Shown piece by piece: positions 49,361 to 62,610 of a stretch of 64,000 bases of DNA. Source of the DNA: Isurus oxyrinchus. Lineage: Eukaryota. The notes under the pieces were generated by a model. It saw only the letters and a list, made by a program, of their open reading frames with translations. It had not been told where the DNA came from and ran no database searches. Position 1 is the stretch's first letter; every line of letters starts with the position of its first letter. Both the position numbers and the translations under genes were made by a program. The stretch spans positions 930,001 through 994,000 of the forward strand of contig JANJGN010000071.1 of the NCBI GenBank assembly GCA_026770705.1, written 5' to 3'.

Positions 49361-51691
49361 CATCAGACTCGACAGGAGGAGGAGGGGAGGAGGAGAAAGA
49401 TGAGGATGAGGTGGAGGGAGGTGGGGGGTTGAGGAGGGGGAGGCGTGGGAGTATGAGGAGAGAGACGAGGAGGGACGCAGAGGAGCAGGAGGATGAAGAG
49501 TGGAGGAGGGACTAGTTACTCTCTGAGCTGCATCTTCCAAATCCTTATTTGATGCCGTGCATGTGGGGTTGGAAGATTTTTTTTAAAACCACAGGCAGTT
49601 CACAGAAACCCACAGGAAACCCACAGAGAGACAGTCACTGGAATACACACTCACTCCTTGTGGTTTCACCTTTTAACCACATCCTGTCTGTGTGGCTTAA
49701 ATGTTAAACACACCGGCCACACTCAGGGAAGTTNNNNNNNNNNNNNNNNNNNNNNNNNNNNNNNNNNNNNNNNNNNNNNNNNNNNNNNNNNNNNNNNNNN
49801 NNNNNNNNNNNNNNNNNNNNNNNNNNNNNNNNNNNNNNNNNNNNNNNNNNNNNNNNNNNNNNNNNNNNNNNNNNNNNNNNNNNNNNNNNNNNNNNNNNNN
49901 NNNNNNNNNNNNNNNNNNNNNNNNNNNNNNNNNNNNNNNNNNNNNNNNNNNNNNNNNNNNNNNNNNNNNNNNNNNNNNNNNNNNNNNNNNNNNNNNNNNN
50001 NNNNNNNNNNNNNNNNNNNNNNNNNNNNNNNNNNNNNNNNNNNNNNNNNNNNNNNNNNNACACTCACATACACACATAGACACACACACACACATACACA
50101 AACACACATACACACGCTCACACGCTTACAGACAGACACAAACACACTTACATTCTCATATTCACACATTCACACACACATTCACTCACACACGTGCACA
50201 AATACAAACACAAAGACAATATCCCAATGACAGCAAACTGCGATTAAGAGCTTCCTACAACTGAACTAACAGACCAAAGACATATTGTACTGTCTAAAAG
50301 TGACCTGTTTTTCAAAGAAATACAAGATTGTACACAGATCAAAAATGGCTGACACAAGTCATCTGATTGCTGATACTGTGAAGTTGATCACTTCTCTGGA
50401 AAGGTTCAAATGAATTGCACTGCAGACCAGTTGCATGGAAGGTCACGCCTGGGGTGTGTCAGGGTGCACTTCAAACAGGGACACTCTTAAAAGGAAGGCA
50501 TTAAAATGCAAAGTGCTGGACTTTGATCAGCTGTGGTTCTATCAAAACAGTGGGAACTGCTCACCAAGCGGATAATCATCAGCCATTCAAAACCCCCTCT
50601 GGAGGATACAATACCCCCATCTCCTGTTGATTTATATCTTGAAATGCATCAAATGTTTTGGAGATGCAAAGATAAAAAATGGGAGTACTTGGCCTTTAAC
50701 AATATCTGAAGCTAACAGAGTGTCTTCAACAACGTGAAAATCTGAGCCAGATGAAATACAGGATTCTACAGCAAACCAACTAATTTAAAACAGCTTCAAA
50801 CTTCACAGCCTACGCTGCAGTATAAGCTAACAACTCTTTTAATTTTTTATTGGACTCCATAATNNNNNNNNNNNNNNNNNNNNNNNNNNNNNNNNNNNNN
50901 NNNNNNNNNNNNNNNNNNNNNNNNNNNNNNNNNNNNNNNNNNNNNNNNNNNNNNNNNNNNNNNNNNNNNNNNNNNNNNNNNNNNNNNNNNNNNNNNNNNN
51001 NNNNNNNNNNNNNNNNNNNNNNNNNNNNNNNNNNNNNNNNNNNNNNNNNNNNNNNNNNNNNNNNNNNNNNNNNNNNNNNNNNNNNNNNNNNNNNNNNNNN
51101 NNNNNNNNNNNNNNNNNNNNNNNNNNNNNNNNNNNNNNNNNNNNNNNNNNNNNNNNNNNNNNNNNNNNNNNNNNNNNNNNNNNNNNNTTTCTCCAGTTAG
51201 GTAACGAGTAAAATAACTCTTTCTTTGACTCAACCGAACGTGGTTTAATTGTTTTGGAAATTGCATTTGGGGGAAAATATATTTTAAAACCCTTTTTTGT
51301 GACCAACCATGGGGTTTGAATAGAAAGGGAGCCAGTTCACTCCCCGTCAACCANNNNNNNNNNNNNNNNNNNNNNNNNNNNNNNNNNNNNNNNNNNNNNN
51401 NNNNNNNNNNNNNNNNNNNNNNNNNNNNNNNNNNNNNNNNNNNNNNNNNNNNNNNNNNNNNNNNNNNNNNNNNNNNNNNNNNNNNNNNNNNNNNNNNNNN
51501 NNNNNNNNNNNNNNNNNNNNNNNNNNNNNNNNNNNNNNNNNNNNNNNNNNNNNNNNNNNNNNNNNNNNNNNNNNNNNNNNNNNNNNNNNNNNNNNNNNNN
51601 NNNNNNNNNNNNNNNNNNNNNNNNNNNNNNNNNNNNNNNNNNNNNNNNNNNNNNNNNNNNNNTGACAGGAAACTGCGACTGAGTGATAGCA

Positions 51692-52865
51692 TGTCAGGAA
51701 TATATAATAATCTCCATAATGTTATTGGAATTTATTGTAAAATAGAGTCCATGTCTATGTGTCCACATGTGTCTGTGATGTGTTTGTGTGAGACTTATTG
51801 GAATTAGAGGAAGCTGGTCTGGGTGTTTTGATGGAAGAAGAGAAGTTAGGTTTGAACTGTTAGATAAACATGGGGAAGTTTTAGAATGTGAAGTGTAAAG
51901 GGGGCAATTTGCATTTTAAATTAAACCAAACTAGATTGTTTTCAAAGAAGGAGAGAAATGTGTCACCCAGCCAGGTGAAGATAAGAAACAGTGTGTTTAT
52001 TTTTGCCAAAGATTACTGGTAAAAGTTAGGACTATGAGAGATTTGTATTATTACAAAAATAAAGTCCAAAGACAAAACAAAAACAATGGGAATTTGCATT
52101 CAAAGGGGAAAATATGTATCAAGGAGTGAAGGCTGTGTGTAAGGGTTGGTCTTTTTAAGAGCTTACAATGGTGAAAAGCCATCAGCCTGCATGTCCCAAG
52201 CTGCTGCCTCCAGGGACTGAAGTTAAGATAACTCATTTTGATCTCAGCTGTCCAGAGTATCGTTTATTTTTCCTGGGACTTTTAAAGTCTCAGTGTTTTA
52301 CTGTTGCCTGAACAAAAGTGTAAATGGAAGTTAAATTAATTAAGAGATTTAGAAGTTATTATAGTAGCAATTTATAGATATATGTGTGTGCTTAAAAATA
52401 ATTTTTCTTGTTAATCAATGTTTAATTTAGTTTTATAAAAAACCTCTTACACTTTGAAAAAAGGGTGAACTCAAATTGTAAAGTGCTTTGGGACATCCAA
52501 ATATCATGCTATACAGAAGAGAGTTGATTGGAGCAGCAAGTGTTTTACTTACAGGAGAATGAGTCCCCAGGGTTGTAGAGTCAATCCTGTCAGATGAATG
52601 ACTAACTGGAGACACTGATCCAATTCTGGAAATGTTTAGTTTACCAGGTTTGGAGGAGAGATGATCTTCCTCTCCTGACTGCATCAGACAAGTGGTGAAC
52701 CTGTTGAGGTGAACAGAATTACCTCTTAAACCTCTTAACCTCATTACTACTGAATTTAAAGCTCACACCTCAAAACATACAAGTTGGAAATTAGTTGTGA
52801 CAGTTGTTTCAAGTTTCCCTCCAGGATTTGAACAGCTCAGCATTTACCATCTGTTATGTCATAAC
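51692..52865. mobile_element. Solo LTR-like element containing a foreign inverted insert
   Basis: tgtcagg...cataaca termini; resembles the 45150-46101 family. Confidence 0.5.
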
Positions 52866-53651
52866 AGAGCTTCCTTTAACTTCATCAACGAGCCAAAAAT
52901 GTATTGAACTGTTTAAAGGAGACCTGTTTTTTCAAAAGTACAAGATTAGGCACTGATCAATAATGGCTGTCACGAGTCACCTGATTGCTGATACTGCAAA
53001 CTTGATCACTTCTCTGGAAAGCTTCAAATGAATTGCACTTCAGACATGTTGCATGAAAGTTCTCACTGAGGTGTGTCAGTGTCCACTTGAAACAGGGTCT
53101 CCCTTAAAAATGCAAAGCGCTGGACTCTGATCACTGTAGGTCTATCAAAGTAATGGGATCTGCTCACCGTGCAGATATTCATCAAACATTCAACACCCCT
53201 TGTGGAGGATGAAATGTCTCCATCTCCTGTTGATCTATATCTTGAAATGCATCAAATGTTTCAGAGATGCAAACATCAAAAAAAAGGGATTACTTGGTCT
53301 GTAAAAATGAATGCAAGACATGCTGATCGAATTCCCTTTGGGAATATACAGACAGGAGTTTAACAACAGGTTCTGTCAAGCAGATATAAGAGAAAGTAGG
53401 AGGAAAAAGAAAGATGGCAGTCACCCAAAAACATTGCTGGAAAAGAGCAGAAATTCTCTCTCTCTCTTTCTGAAGCTAACAGAGCATCTTCAACAAAGTG
53501 CAAATCTGAATCAAATCACCACCAGAATGCCACAGGAAACCAATTAACCTTGAACAGCTGCAAACGTCAGCAATCTATTTCTCAAAGACAAGCAAATGTA
53601 TTAATCATATATTCTTTTACATTTTTTATTGGACTCTAACTTTTTTAATTC

Positions 53652-53683
<32 letters not shown>

Positions 53684-53751
53684 CTGTCTGTCTGCCTTTC
53701 TGTGTATGTGTGTGTGTCTGCCTGTGCGAGCTTGTGTCAGTGTGAACGTCT

Positions 53752-53783
<32 letters not shown>

Positions 53784-53989
53784 ATCTGTGTGCGTGTGCA
53801 TTGTTGCATCTTTATTATTAACGTTATTTAAAAATAGTGATCACACAAGCCTGGTTTCTAAGGAAATGAAACTGCCAACAATTTACAGTAAAGTGAAACG
53901 TACAGGAATACTCTATTTATTTTGAGCTAATGATATATAATTATACATGAGGCATGTTGCTAATTTCAAATGTCATCTGAAATATGGCA

Positions 53990-54720
53990 GGTCTGACAGA
54001 GCAGCATTCCCTCAGTGCCCACCCTCTGACAGTGCAGCACTCCCTCAGTACTGACCCTCTGACAGTGCAGCACTCCCTCACTACTGACCTTCGGACAGTG
54101 CAGCACTCCCTCAGTACTGACCCTCTGGTAGTGCAGCACTCCCTCAGTACTGACCCTCCGACAGTGCAGCTCTCCCTCAGTACTGACCCTCTGGGAGTTC
54201 AGCACACCTTCAGTACTGACCCTCTGACAGTGCAGCTCTCCCTCAGTACTGACCCTCAGGGAGTGCAGCACTCCCTCAGTACTGACCCTCCGACAGTGCA
54301 GCACTCCCTCAGCACTGACCCTCCGGCAGTGCAGCACTTCCTCAGTACTGACCCTCCGACAGTGCAGCTCTCCCACAGTACTGACCCTCTGGGAGTTCAG
54401 CACACCCTCAGTACTGACCCTCTGACAGTGCAGCACTCCCTCAGTACTGACCCTCTGGGAGTGCAGCACTCCCTCAGTACCGACCCTCTGACAGTGCAGC
54501 ACTCCCTCAACACTGACCGTCCAACAGTTCAGCACTGATTCACTACTGACATTTTGATAGTGCCGCGCTCCCTCAGTATTGACCCTGTGACAGTGCAGCA
54601 CTCCCTCAGTACTGACCCTCTGGGAGTGCAGCAGTTCCTCAGTGCTGACCCTCCAACAATGCAGCACTCCCTCAGCACTGACCCTCCAACAGTGCAGCAC
54701 GCCCTCAGCACTCCCTCACT
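53990..54720. repeat. 33-bp minisatellite array
   Basis: Tandem units; flanks duplicated at 56440-57330. Confidence 0.9.
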
Positions 54721-55264
54721 GGGGAGAGTCTGTCTGCGTTTTGAGCTGTAACCTTGAGACGGTCTCAAACCCCAACATTCCGTCTCAGAGACAGAAAGAG
54801 TGTGTGAGTGTGTGGGAGAGAAAGACAATGTGTGGGAGAGAGTGAGAGTGTGTTTGTGTGAGAGAGAGAAGGAGAGAGAGAAAGAGAAAATGTGCATGTA
54901 TGTGTGTGTGTGAGTTTGTGTGTGAGCGTGTGTTTGTATGCGTGTGCATANNNNNNNNNNNNNNNNNNNNNNNNNNNNNNNNNNNNNNNNNNNNNNNNNN
55001 NNNNNNNNNNNNNNNNNNNNNNNNNNNNNNNNNNNNNNNNNNNNNNNNNNNNNNNNNNNNNNNNNNNNNNNNNNNNNNNNNNNNNNNNNNNNNNNNNNNN
55101 NNNGTTCACAGTTATACAGGTTGCTAGGGACCACTTTTCCGCCTCTCTGTCAGACTGTGTGTATCTGACAGCAGGTCAGGCAGAAATAGTCCAGAATGCA
55201 CTGTGGTTTTGTAGCATTGAAACAACGACATGAACTAAATGAGTGCTGCACCAAATAAAGACAT

Positions 55265-55519
55265 GGAGTGACCACACCAAAAAACCACGTGACTTCCCCA
55301 GTTTCACATCTCCCTCAAACACAGAAAAACTGGGTTAACACTGACCCTCCTCCCAGAGCCAGTTCACCTCGTGTCCGATGCAGTCAGGAGAGGAAGATCA
55401 TCTCTACTCCGATCCTGCTAAACTGAACATTTCCAGAATTAGATCAGCTCCATGAAGTGTCTCCAGTTAGTCATTCATCTGACAGGATTGACTCTACAAC
55501 CCTGGGGACTCATTCTCCT
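55265..55519 (+). promoter_or_regulatory. Possible promoter and non-coding exon 1 of gene D
   Basis: Clustered ACCACA/AACCAC (RUNX), CACGTG (E-box) and ACTTCC (ETS) at ~55270-55300; donor CCT|gtaagt at 55519/55520, upstream of the gene D leader acceptor at 58261. Confidence 0.4.
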
Positions 55520-56607
55520 GTAAGTAAAACACTTGCTGCTCCTGTCAAATCTCTTCTGTACAGCATGGTCTCTGGATGTCCCAGAACACTTTACAGTTGA
55601 GTTCACCCTTTTTTCGAAGTGTGGTTACTGTTGTAATGTAGGAAACGCAGCAGCCAATTAGCGCACAGCAAGCTCCCACAAACAGCAATGTGATCATCTG
55701 TTTTTGGTGATGTTGGTTGAGGGATAAATATTGGTCCCAGGACACCGGGGAGATCTCCCCCCTGCTCTTCCTCCAAATAGTGGCTGTGGGATCTTTCACA
55801 CCCGCCCGAGAGGGCAGACGGGGGACTCGGTTTAGTGTCTAATATTGGACTAATCTCCAGGCGAGGTTGGCTGGATGGATTATTGACAAGGTCCATTCAC
55901 CCTGTAAAGAGTATCTCTGGTTTGAAATACCCAATCAAACATCGAGTTCTGTGTCTAAACTTTGTGTTGAAAAGACACCTTTCCAGCTCTTCACCTGCCA
56001 TTAGCTTGTTGAGTCTTCACACGCTCTGTCTGTCCGTGACCAACCCCTCTGAGCTCATCCTTTCCTTGTCGTACATCGAGCTGTTCATCCTGACGGGTTC
56101 CCTCCTTCCCAGTAACACTCCATCTCCGACATCAAACTAACTCCCAACACGTTGATGAATTGTATGGATTCCAGCGTCAGATGGTTCTGTCTGAGGCTGT
56201 TTCTCTGATCGGGGACCGAGCTGTTCTGAACGGACATTGTGTTCAGCAGTTCTTATTGCAGATCAGGCTGTTCAACCAATGCTGCTGTTCACTGAGGTGA
56301 CTCCGATTCTACATTCACACATTAATGATCTCATGTCCAGCAGCAAACATCTGAATGAAGCCAGGTTCAAGAAAAATCCCAGCTGCTTGATCCGACAGTT
56401 ATCTGTTCAGGCATGGCCCCTTGTTCCAAATAACAAACATTATTTAAAAATAGTCATCACATGAGCCTGGTTAACAAGGAAATGAAACCATGAACAATTT
56501 GCAGTAAAGTGAAACATACAGGACTAATCTATTTATATTGAGCTGATGATATAGAATGTTACACGAGGCATGTTGCTAATTTCAAACATCATCTGAATTA
56601 CGGTAGT

Positions 56608-57270
56608 TCTGACAGTGCAGCACTCCCTCAGTACTGACCCTTTGACAGTGCAGCACTCCCTCAGTACTGACCCTCTGACAGTGCAGCACTCCCTCAGTAC
56701 TGACCCTCCGACAGTGCAGCACTCCCTCAGTACTGACCCTCTGACAGTGCAGCACTCCCTCAGTACTGACACTCTGACAGTGCAGCACTCCCTCAGTACT
56801 GACCCTCTGACAGTGCAGCACTCCCTCAGCACTGACCCTCCGACAGTGCAGCACTCCCTCAGTACTGATCCTCTGACCGTGCAGCACTCCCTCAGTACTG
56901 ACACTCTGACAGTGCAGCACTCCCTTAGTACTGACCCATTGACAGTACAGCACTCCCTCAGTACTGACCCTCTGACTGTACAGCACTCCCTCAGTACTGA
57001 CCCTCCGACAGTGCAGCACTCCCTCAGTACTGACCCTCTGACTGTACAGCACTCCCTCAGTACTGACCCTCTGACAGTGCAGCACTCCCTCAGCACTGAC
57101 CCTCTGACAGTGCAGCACTCCCTCAGCACTGACCCTCTGACAGTGCAGCACTCCCTCAGTACTGACACTCTGACAGTGCAGCACTCCCTCAGCACTGACC
57201 CTCTGACAGTGCAGCACTCCCTCAGCACTGACCCTCTGACAGTGCAGCACCCCCTGAGCACTCCCTCACT
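56608..57270. repeat. Highly homogeneous 33-bp minisatellite (~20 units)
   Basis: Near-perfect tandem acagtgcagcactccctcagtactgaccctctg. Confidence 0.95.
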
Positions 57271-57329
57271 GGGGAGAATCTGCCTGGGTTTTGAGCTGAA
57301 ATCATGAGCAGGTCTTAAATCCTTCCGTA

Positions 57330-58010
57330 TCAGAGAGAAGAGGGAGAGAGTGTGAGAGAGAGAGAGAAAGAGAGGGAGAGAGAGACAGTGTGAGAGAGAA
57401 AAAGAGATAGAGAGAGTGTGTGCATGTGTGAGGGAGAGTGTGTGTGTATGAGGGAGAGAGTGTGCATGTGAGAGAGAGTGTGTTTGAGAGAGAGTGTGTG
57501 TGTGAGAGAGTGTGTGTGAGGGAGAGAATGTGCGTGTGAGAGAGAGTGTGTGTGAGAGAGAGTGTGTGTGAGAGAGAATGTGCGAGAGAGAGAGAGGGTA
57601 CTTGTGTGTGAGAGAGAGTGTGCGAGAGAGAGAGAGGGTACTTGTGTGTGAGAGAGAGAAAGAGGGAGACAGCAGAAGAGCGAGATAGAGAGAAAAGGTG
57701 AAAGTTTGAGAGAGAGAGAATGTGTGTGTCAGAGAGAGAATGAGTGTGTTTGAGAGAGAGAGATAGAGCAGAAGAGTGCGATAGAGAGAGATTGTGTTTG
57801 TGAGAGAGAGAATGTGTGTGTGTGAGAGAGAGAGAGAGCAGAGGAGTGTGATAGAGAGAGATTGTGAGTGTTAGAGAGAGAATGTGTGTGTGAGAGAGAG
57901 AGATAGAGCAGAAGAGTGTGATAGAGACAGATTGTGAGTGTTAGAGAGAGAATGTGTGTGTGAGAGAGAGAGATAGAGCAGAAGAGTGCGATAGATAGAG
58001 ATTGTGAGGA
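57330..58010. repeat. GA/GT compound microsatellite
   Basis: Direct inspection. Confidence 0.9.
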
Positions 58011-58275
58011 CTAAACTCACTGAGAGAAAAAGCTGGACACCCAGCACAGGGAGTGAGGGAACAATGAATTTTTGCCGTCTTTGGTGAATCAGTTTGCGAT
58101 GTCCCTTCTCAATCTCTCCTTCCTTGTCTTGACATTAGATAATTCCCTGGGGCTGTTTAACTCACTGAAAGGTGCCATTTAAACACAAGTTGTTGTTGTT
58201 TGAGGAAGAAACGCTGGGGACAATTTATGAAAAAGTCTCTGTCTTTATCATTTCCATTTAGATGAGGAACTGAAG

Positions 58276-58321
58276 ATGGGAGAGGTCGGTCTGATATTGA
58301 TCTTCATCAGCTTGCTGCAAG
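58276..58321 (+). CDS. Gene D: signal-peptide exon
   Basis: Acceptor ttccatttag| at 58261; MGEVGLILIFISLLQ; phase-1 donor CAAG|gtacaa. Confidence 0.8.
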
Positions 58322-59141
58322 GTACAAATTCATTACTGATCGGAACTCAGGGAATTGGATTCTTTCCTGGAGTGAGGAAGTGAACATTTAATTTTAGAGA
58401 ACAGGGTTAGTGATCACACAGAGAGTGAGTGAATAGCGAGTCAGAGAATATAGCAAAAGAAAAAGCCTCATACGGACTCGAAACACCAACTCTGTTTCTC
58501 TCTCCACAGATGCTGTCAGACCTGCTGAGTTTTTCCAGCATTTTCTGTTTGTGCATCAGAGAGCTTGTTTCAATAGGAATGACAGTGCATTTATATAGCA
58601 CCTTTAATGCAGTAAAACATCCTTATTGCTTCACAGGATTCCCCCACAAGGGGTAACATCCCATCAGCATCCACCCTGTCAAACCCCCCACCACCTCAGA
58701 ATCTTATATGTTTCAATAAGATCACCTCTCATTCTTCTAAACTCCAATGGATACAGGGCCCAACCTGCTCAACATTTCCTCATAAGACAAACCCCCTTCA
58801 TCCCAGGAATCAGCCCAGTGATCCTCCTCTGAGCTGCCTCCAATGCAGAGTCTATCCCTCCCTAAGTAAGGAGACCAGAACAGTACACACTGCTCCTGAT
58901 ACAATCTCACCAACGCCCTGTACAGTTGTAGCAAGACTTCCCTCCTTTTATACTCCATCCCTTTGCAATAAAGGCCAACATTCCACTTGCCTTCCTCATT
59001 CCGTGCTGTTCCTGAATGCTGACTTTCTGTGATTCATGTACAAGGACACCCAGATCCCTCTGTACCGCATTCTGCTGCCTCTCTCCATTGAAGTAATATT
59101 CTGCTTTTTGATGTCCTGTCTCTTCCCTTGTTGCCTTTCAG

Positions 59142-59431
59142 GAGTGACGTCAGAGGGATGGTCTATGAAGGCGCTACCTCGGAGGGCCATCAGCAGCTCT
59201 TGTGTGGTTATTCTGTGTAGCTTTGACTTTCCTTCCCACTCTTACACAGCACTGCACGGAGCTTGGTATAAATATTGGTATAGATGGAAATATACCATCA
59301 CATACACCAAAGATCCCAATTATGGGATGGCCACATTCGTGGGACGTGCTAAAATAATCGGTGACTTGGAAGGGAAGAATTGTTCGGTGAGGATTGACAG
59401 TCTCAGAGCTGAAGACAGTGACGTGTATTAC
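59142..59431 (+). pseudogene. Gene D: divergent Siglec V-set exon truncated by a Gypsy fragment
   Basis: GVTSEGWSM...SSCVVILCSFDFP...HGAWY...GRAKIIGDLEGKNCSVRIDSLRAEDSDVYY runs directly into gag sequence and a stop at 59443. No donor or G strand is seen. Confidence 0.8.
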
Positions 59432-59830
59432 ACCCAATTCTAAATCTTTTCACCAATTAGTCGTCCTCATGAAGATGTATTTTCAGCTGAAGCCGTGGGT
59501 AATAATGCAGAGGTTTAAGTTTAACTCCAGAGTAAGGGCCCAGGGAGAGTCCATCGCAACCTATACAGTGAAGTGGAAGCAGGTGACTGAGCACTGGGAC
59601 CTCGGAGACACACTCAATGACATGTTACGGGGCCGATTGGTTTGTGTCGTTCAGCCCAACGCCATTCAGAGCCGTTTACTCGCAGAAGCCGACATCGATT
59701 TGAAGCGCACCATGGAAATAGCGCCAGGCATGGAAAGTGCTGGGAGAGACTGGCGGGATTTACAGGATGTACAACATGGCACCAGTCCTCAGCTGGGACA
59801 GGAACCAACCACCGGGCGTGAGGCTCAAAC

Positions 59831-59863
<33 letters not shown>

Positions 59864-60560
59864 CCGCCAAGCGAGAGACAGTCTCTGCCGCTCCAGAAAC
59901 TAAAAGGCTTCGTGGGAGTATTTCAGCAGCAACTCCGAAGTTGGCCTGTTCTCGATGTGGGGGGGAGTGATCTCGTACCGGACACCTGCAGGTTCAAGGG
60001 GGCAGAATGCCATCACTGCCACAAGAAAGGGGCGGGTAATAAAGCAATGCAGGGTGAAATCGAGACAGCCCATCAGGCAGTGCACCAACATGATGGAAGT
60101 GAATAATATCACAGAGCCTGAAGCTGCTGATAACGATGTCTATTCCCTGTCCAATGTCACAGTGGTAAAAACTGAACCTATAACCATCACAACCCAAGTG
60201 AATGGGCAGCCACTAGTAATGGGGCAGATACGGGAGCCTCAGACACAGTGGTGGAAGAGCCCACATTTAAACAGCTAAATGAAGGAACCCAGACGCTGAA
60301 TTTAGAGCCAACAATGGATCAGCTGAAGACACACACTGGAGAATCCATACAGGGAAAGGACCTCATCCCAGTACCTGTGTCCTACAGGCAGCAGACAGCC
60401 CAGCTTCCAGTGATCATAGCGACAGGTGAGGGCCCTAGTCTTCTGGGCCGAGACTGGTTCCAGAAAACCAAGCTCAGCTGCTCGGAAATGTTTCACTGGA
60501 GGAGTTGCTGAGTTGCTGGGGGAATATGAGAGTGTATCTCGGAATGAGTTTGAAGAATTG
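59432..60560 (+). mobile_element. Ty3/Gypsy gag-protease fragment
   Basis: PNSKSFHQLV..KPWVIMQRFKFNSR...GESIATY...LRGRLVC, a zinc knuckle (CHHCHKKG), frameshifted DTGAS protease motif (~60227) and GPSLLGRDW. Confidence 0.85.
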
Positions 60561-60806
60561 AAGCATCCTCACAGGCTGCAAGTGTCCCTCAGGTCAGAGT
60601 TGGTTCCACTGGAAAATCCTGAAGAGAAAGAAAGCGAATTCTGTGCCGCTCTGAGCAAACTGAAGAAACAGTTGGCAGGGAAGACCCAACCATGTCCAAT
60701 GTTCCAGGAGGAAGGCAAGAGATACAAGGAAGAGACTGAAGAGCTGAAGATTCAGCTGAATGAAACCAAAGAGGCAGTTACAGTATCACAACAAGTTTAC
60801 AGAGCA

Positions 60807-61390
60807 GAAGGAGGCCATTCAGCCCCTTGAGCCTGTTACACAGGAACAGGAGGAGGCCATTCAGCCCCCTCAAGCCTGTTACACAGGAACAGGAGGAGGC
60901 CATTCAGCCCGTCGAGCCTGTTACACAGGAACAGGAAGAGGCCCATTCAGCCCCCTCGAGACTGTTACACAGGAACAGAAGGGGGCCATTCAGCCCATTG
61001 AGCCTGTTACACAGATACAGGAAGAGGCCATTCAGCCCCCTCAAGACTGTTACACAGGAACAGGAGCAAGCCCATTCAGCCACTGATGTCTGTTACACAG
61101 GAACGGAAGGAGGCCCATTTAGCTCCTCAAGCCTGTTACACAGGAACTGGAGGAGGCCCATTCAGCCCCCTCGAGCCTGTTACACAAGAACAGGAGGAGG
61201 CCCATTCAGCCCCCTCGAGCCTGTTACACAGGAACTGGAGGAGGCCCATTCAGCCCCCTCGAGCCTGTTAGACAAGAACAGGAGGAGGCCCATTCAGCCC
61301 CATTGAGCCTGTTACACAGAAAAAGGACGAGGCCCATTCAGCCACTGATGCCCGTTACACAGGAACAGGTGGAGGCCATTCAGCCCCTTG
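60807..61390. repeat. ~43-bp minisatellite (aggaggccattcagcccctcgagcctgttacacaggaacagg)
   Basis: Tandem units built on the ggccattcagcccctcgagcctg motif of CR1 3' ends. Confidence 0.85.
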
Positions 61391-61391
61391 T

Positions 61392-62610
61392 AGGGTGTGG
61401 TGGTGTGTGTCAGCTTCACCTGCGACTTCTGAGCCGTCTGAATCGCTCCCACTCCCTGGGTTCTAGACCTTGGACTTATTCGGGGCTTGTCACAAAGTGC
61501 AGCAGACAACTGGTTTTGGTGCAAGACAAAAACTGAGTTTACTGAAGTCACAAATGAACTTATAACATTAGGATGACACTGAGATTATACAGACTTACAA
61601 AGTACACTGAGTTAAGAATAGGGAACACATGGCATAACGAGGGAGAATCACGCTACTAATGCCCTTACCCTTGTCCCACCCCCCATCCCTAACTAAATTG
61701 CACTAGGAGAGGTCAGGGGTCACGCTCACCAACCCAGGGTTCCTTGACAGGTGGAAATCCAGCCAGGTAAGCCGGTTGCAGTTTTGGGGGACGCTCTTAG
61801 TGTCCTCTGGGGCCTGTCATCCCCACGTGGTCCTGGTCTGTGGAATCTGTGAAGGGTCTTCAGTTGGGTGGAGGGCGCGGTTGTGGGTGGTCGATCTTCA
61901 TGGAGGGCAGCGGTTGTGGCCTTGTTGTCTTCGGTTGAGCCTGCCACCCCGTGCCCCTCACCGTGATGTTGCCTGTGGGCCTGCAAACCTCCAGATCTCC
62001 TTGCTTAAACTCTGTTTCAACCGCTCCCAACTGCTCACTGCCCTGTGTCAGCTTTCAACACTGCAACCCTTCTGCTGGCTGGTTTCTCTCCCAACTGACT
62101 GCCCAGTTATACTGCCTTTCGAGTTTCTTATCGCAATCCAAATCAAGGTTCGTTCTTTGTTTGTCTTTGGTGGGCTTCCCCAGGTGATTGATGTCTCGTT
62201 GTTGTTAATGGGCTCGCATGATGTTTATCATTGTCTTCCTGCCCAGTAACTAGTTTTGAACTGAAAGCCATTGTATGTGTGGAGTATTGATGGGTTCGCA
62301 TAATTAAATTGCCGGCCTCAGAAGTTAGGAGCGATTATTGATGCAAGATTTAGATGGGCTTCAGTTGCGTGTGAAGTGAAGTCTTTCTCTGGGTTGATTG
62401 TATTAAAGGGAAGAATGCGTATTCTGTCTCCTCTCGTTGTCTGGTTTCAGGCCAAACATTCCACACTGCTCTCAATAAGCCCGGACATGTGCAGCCCCAG
62501 GCCTTCATGGGCCCAGCCTCCTGTCTGCAGGGTTTTCCACTTAACTCAGCAGTTTAAAGGTGCAAAAGTGATATCCTTGTTGATGATATGGAAAATGTGG
62601 GAATTTTGAG
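61392..62610 (-). mobile_element. Probable LTR-type element or solo LTR
   Basis: Non-repetitive block bounded by repeats with LTR-like composition; no diagnostic ORF. Confidence 0.35.

Noticed and set aside
31996-55103. ORFs containing long X runs
   Set aside because: These are artefacts of N-runs (31996-32480, 48455-49044, 49734-50059, 50864-51662, 54951-55103).
55860-56240. Minus-strand stretch LTLESIQFINVLG, faintly like the start of an AGC kinase domain
   Set aside because: No GxGxxG, VAIK or other kinase motif follows, and there are stops and frameshifts; unsupported without a database search.
56533-57307. Long ORFs with TVQHSLSTDPL / VLRECCTVRGS repeats (also at 3607, 23544, 24449 and 53966)
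   Set aside because: They are by-products of a 33-bp minisatellite that is open in several frames on both strands, with no splice or domain support.
60426-61306. Coiled-coil-like and EPVTQEQEEAIQP-repeat ORFs
   Set aside because: They lie in retroelement debris and a ~43-bp minisatellite; no gene structure.
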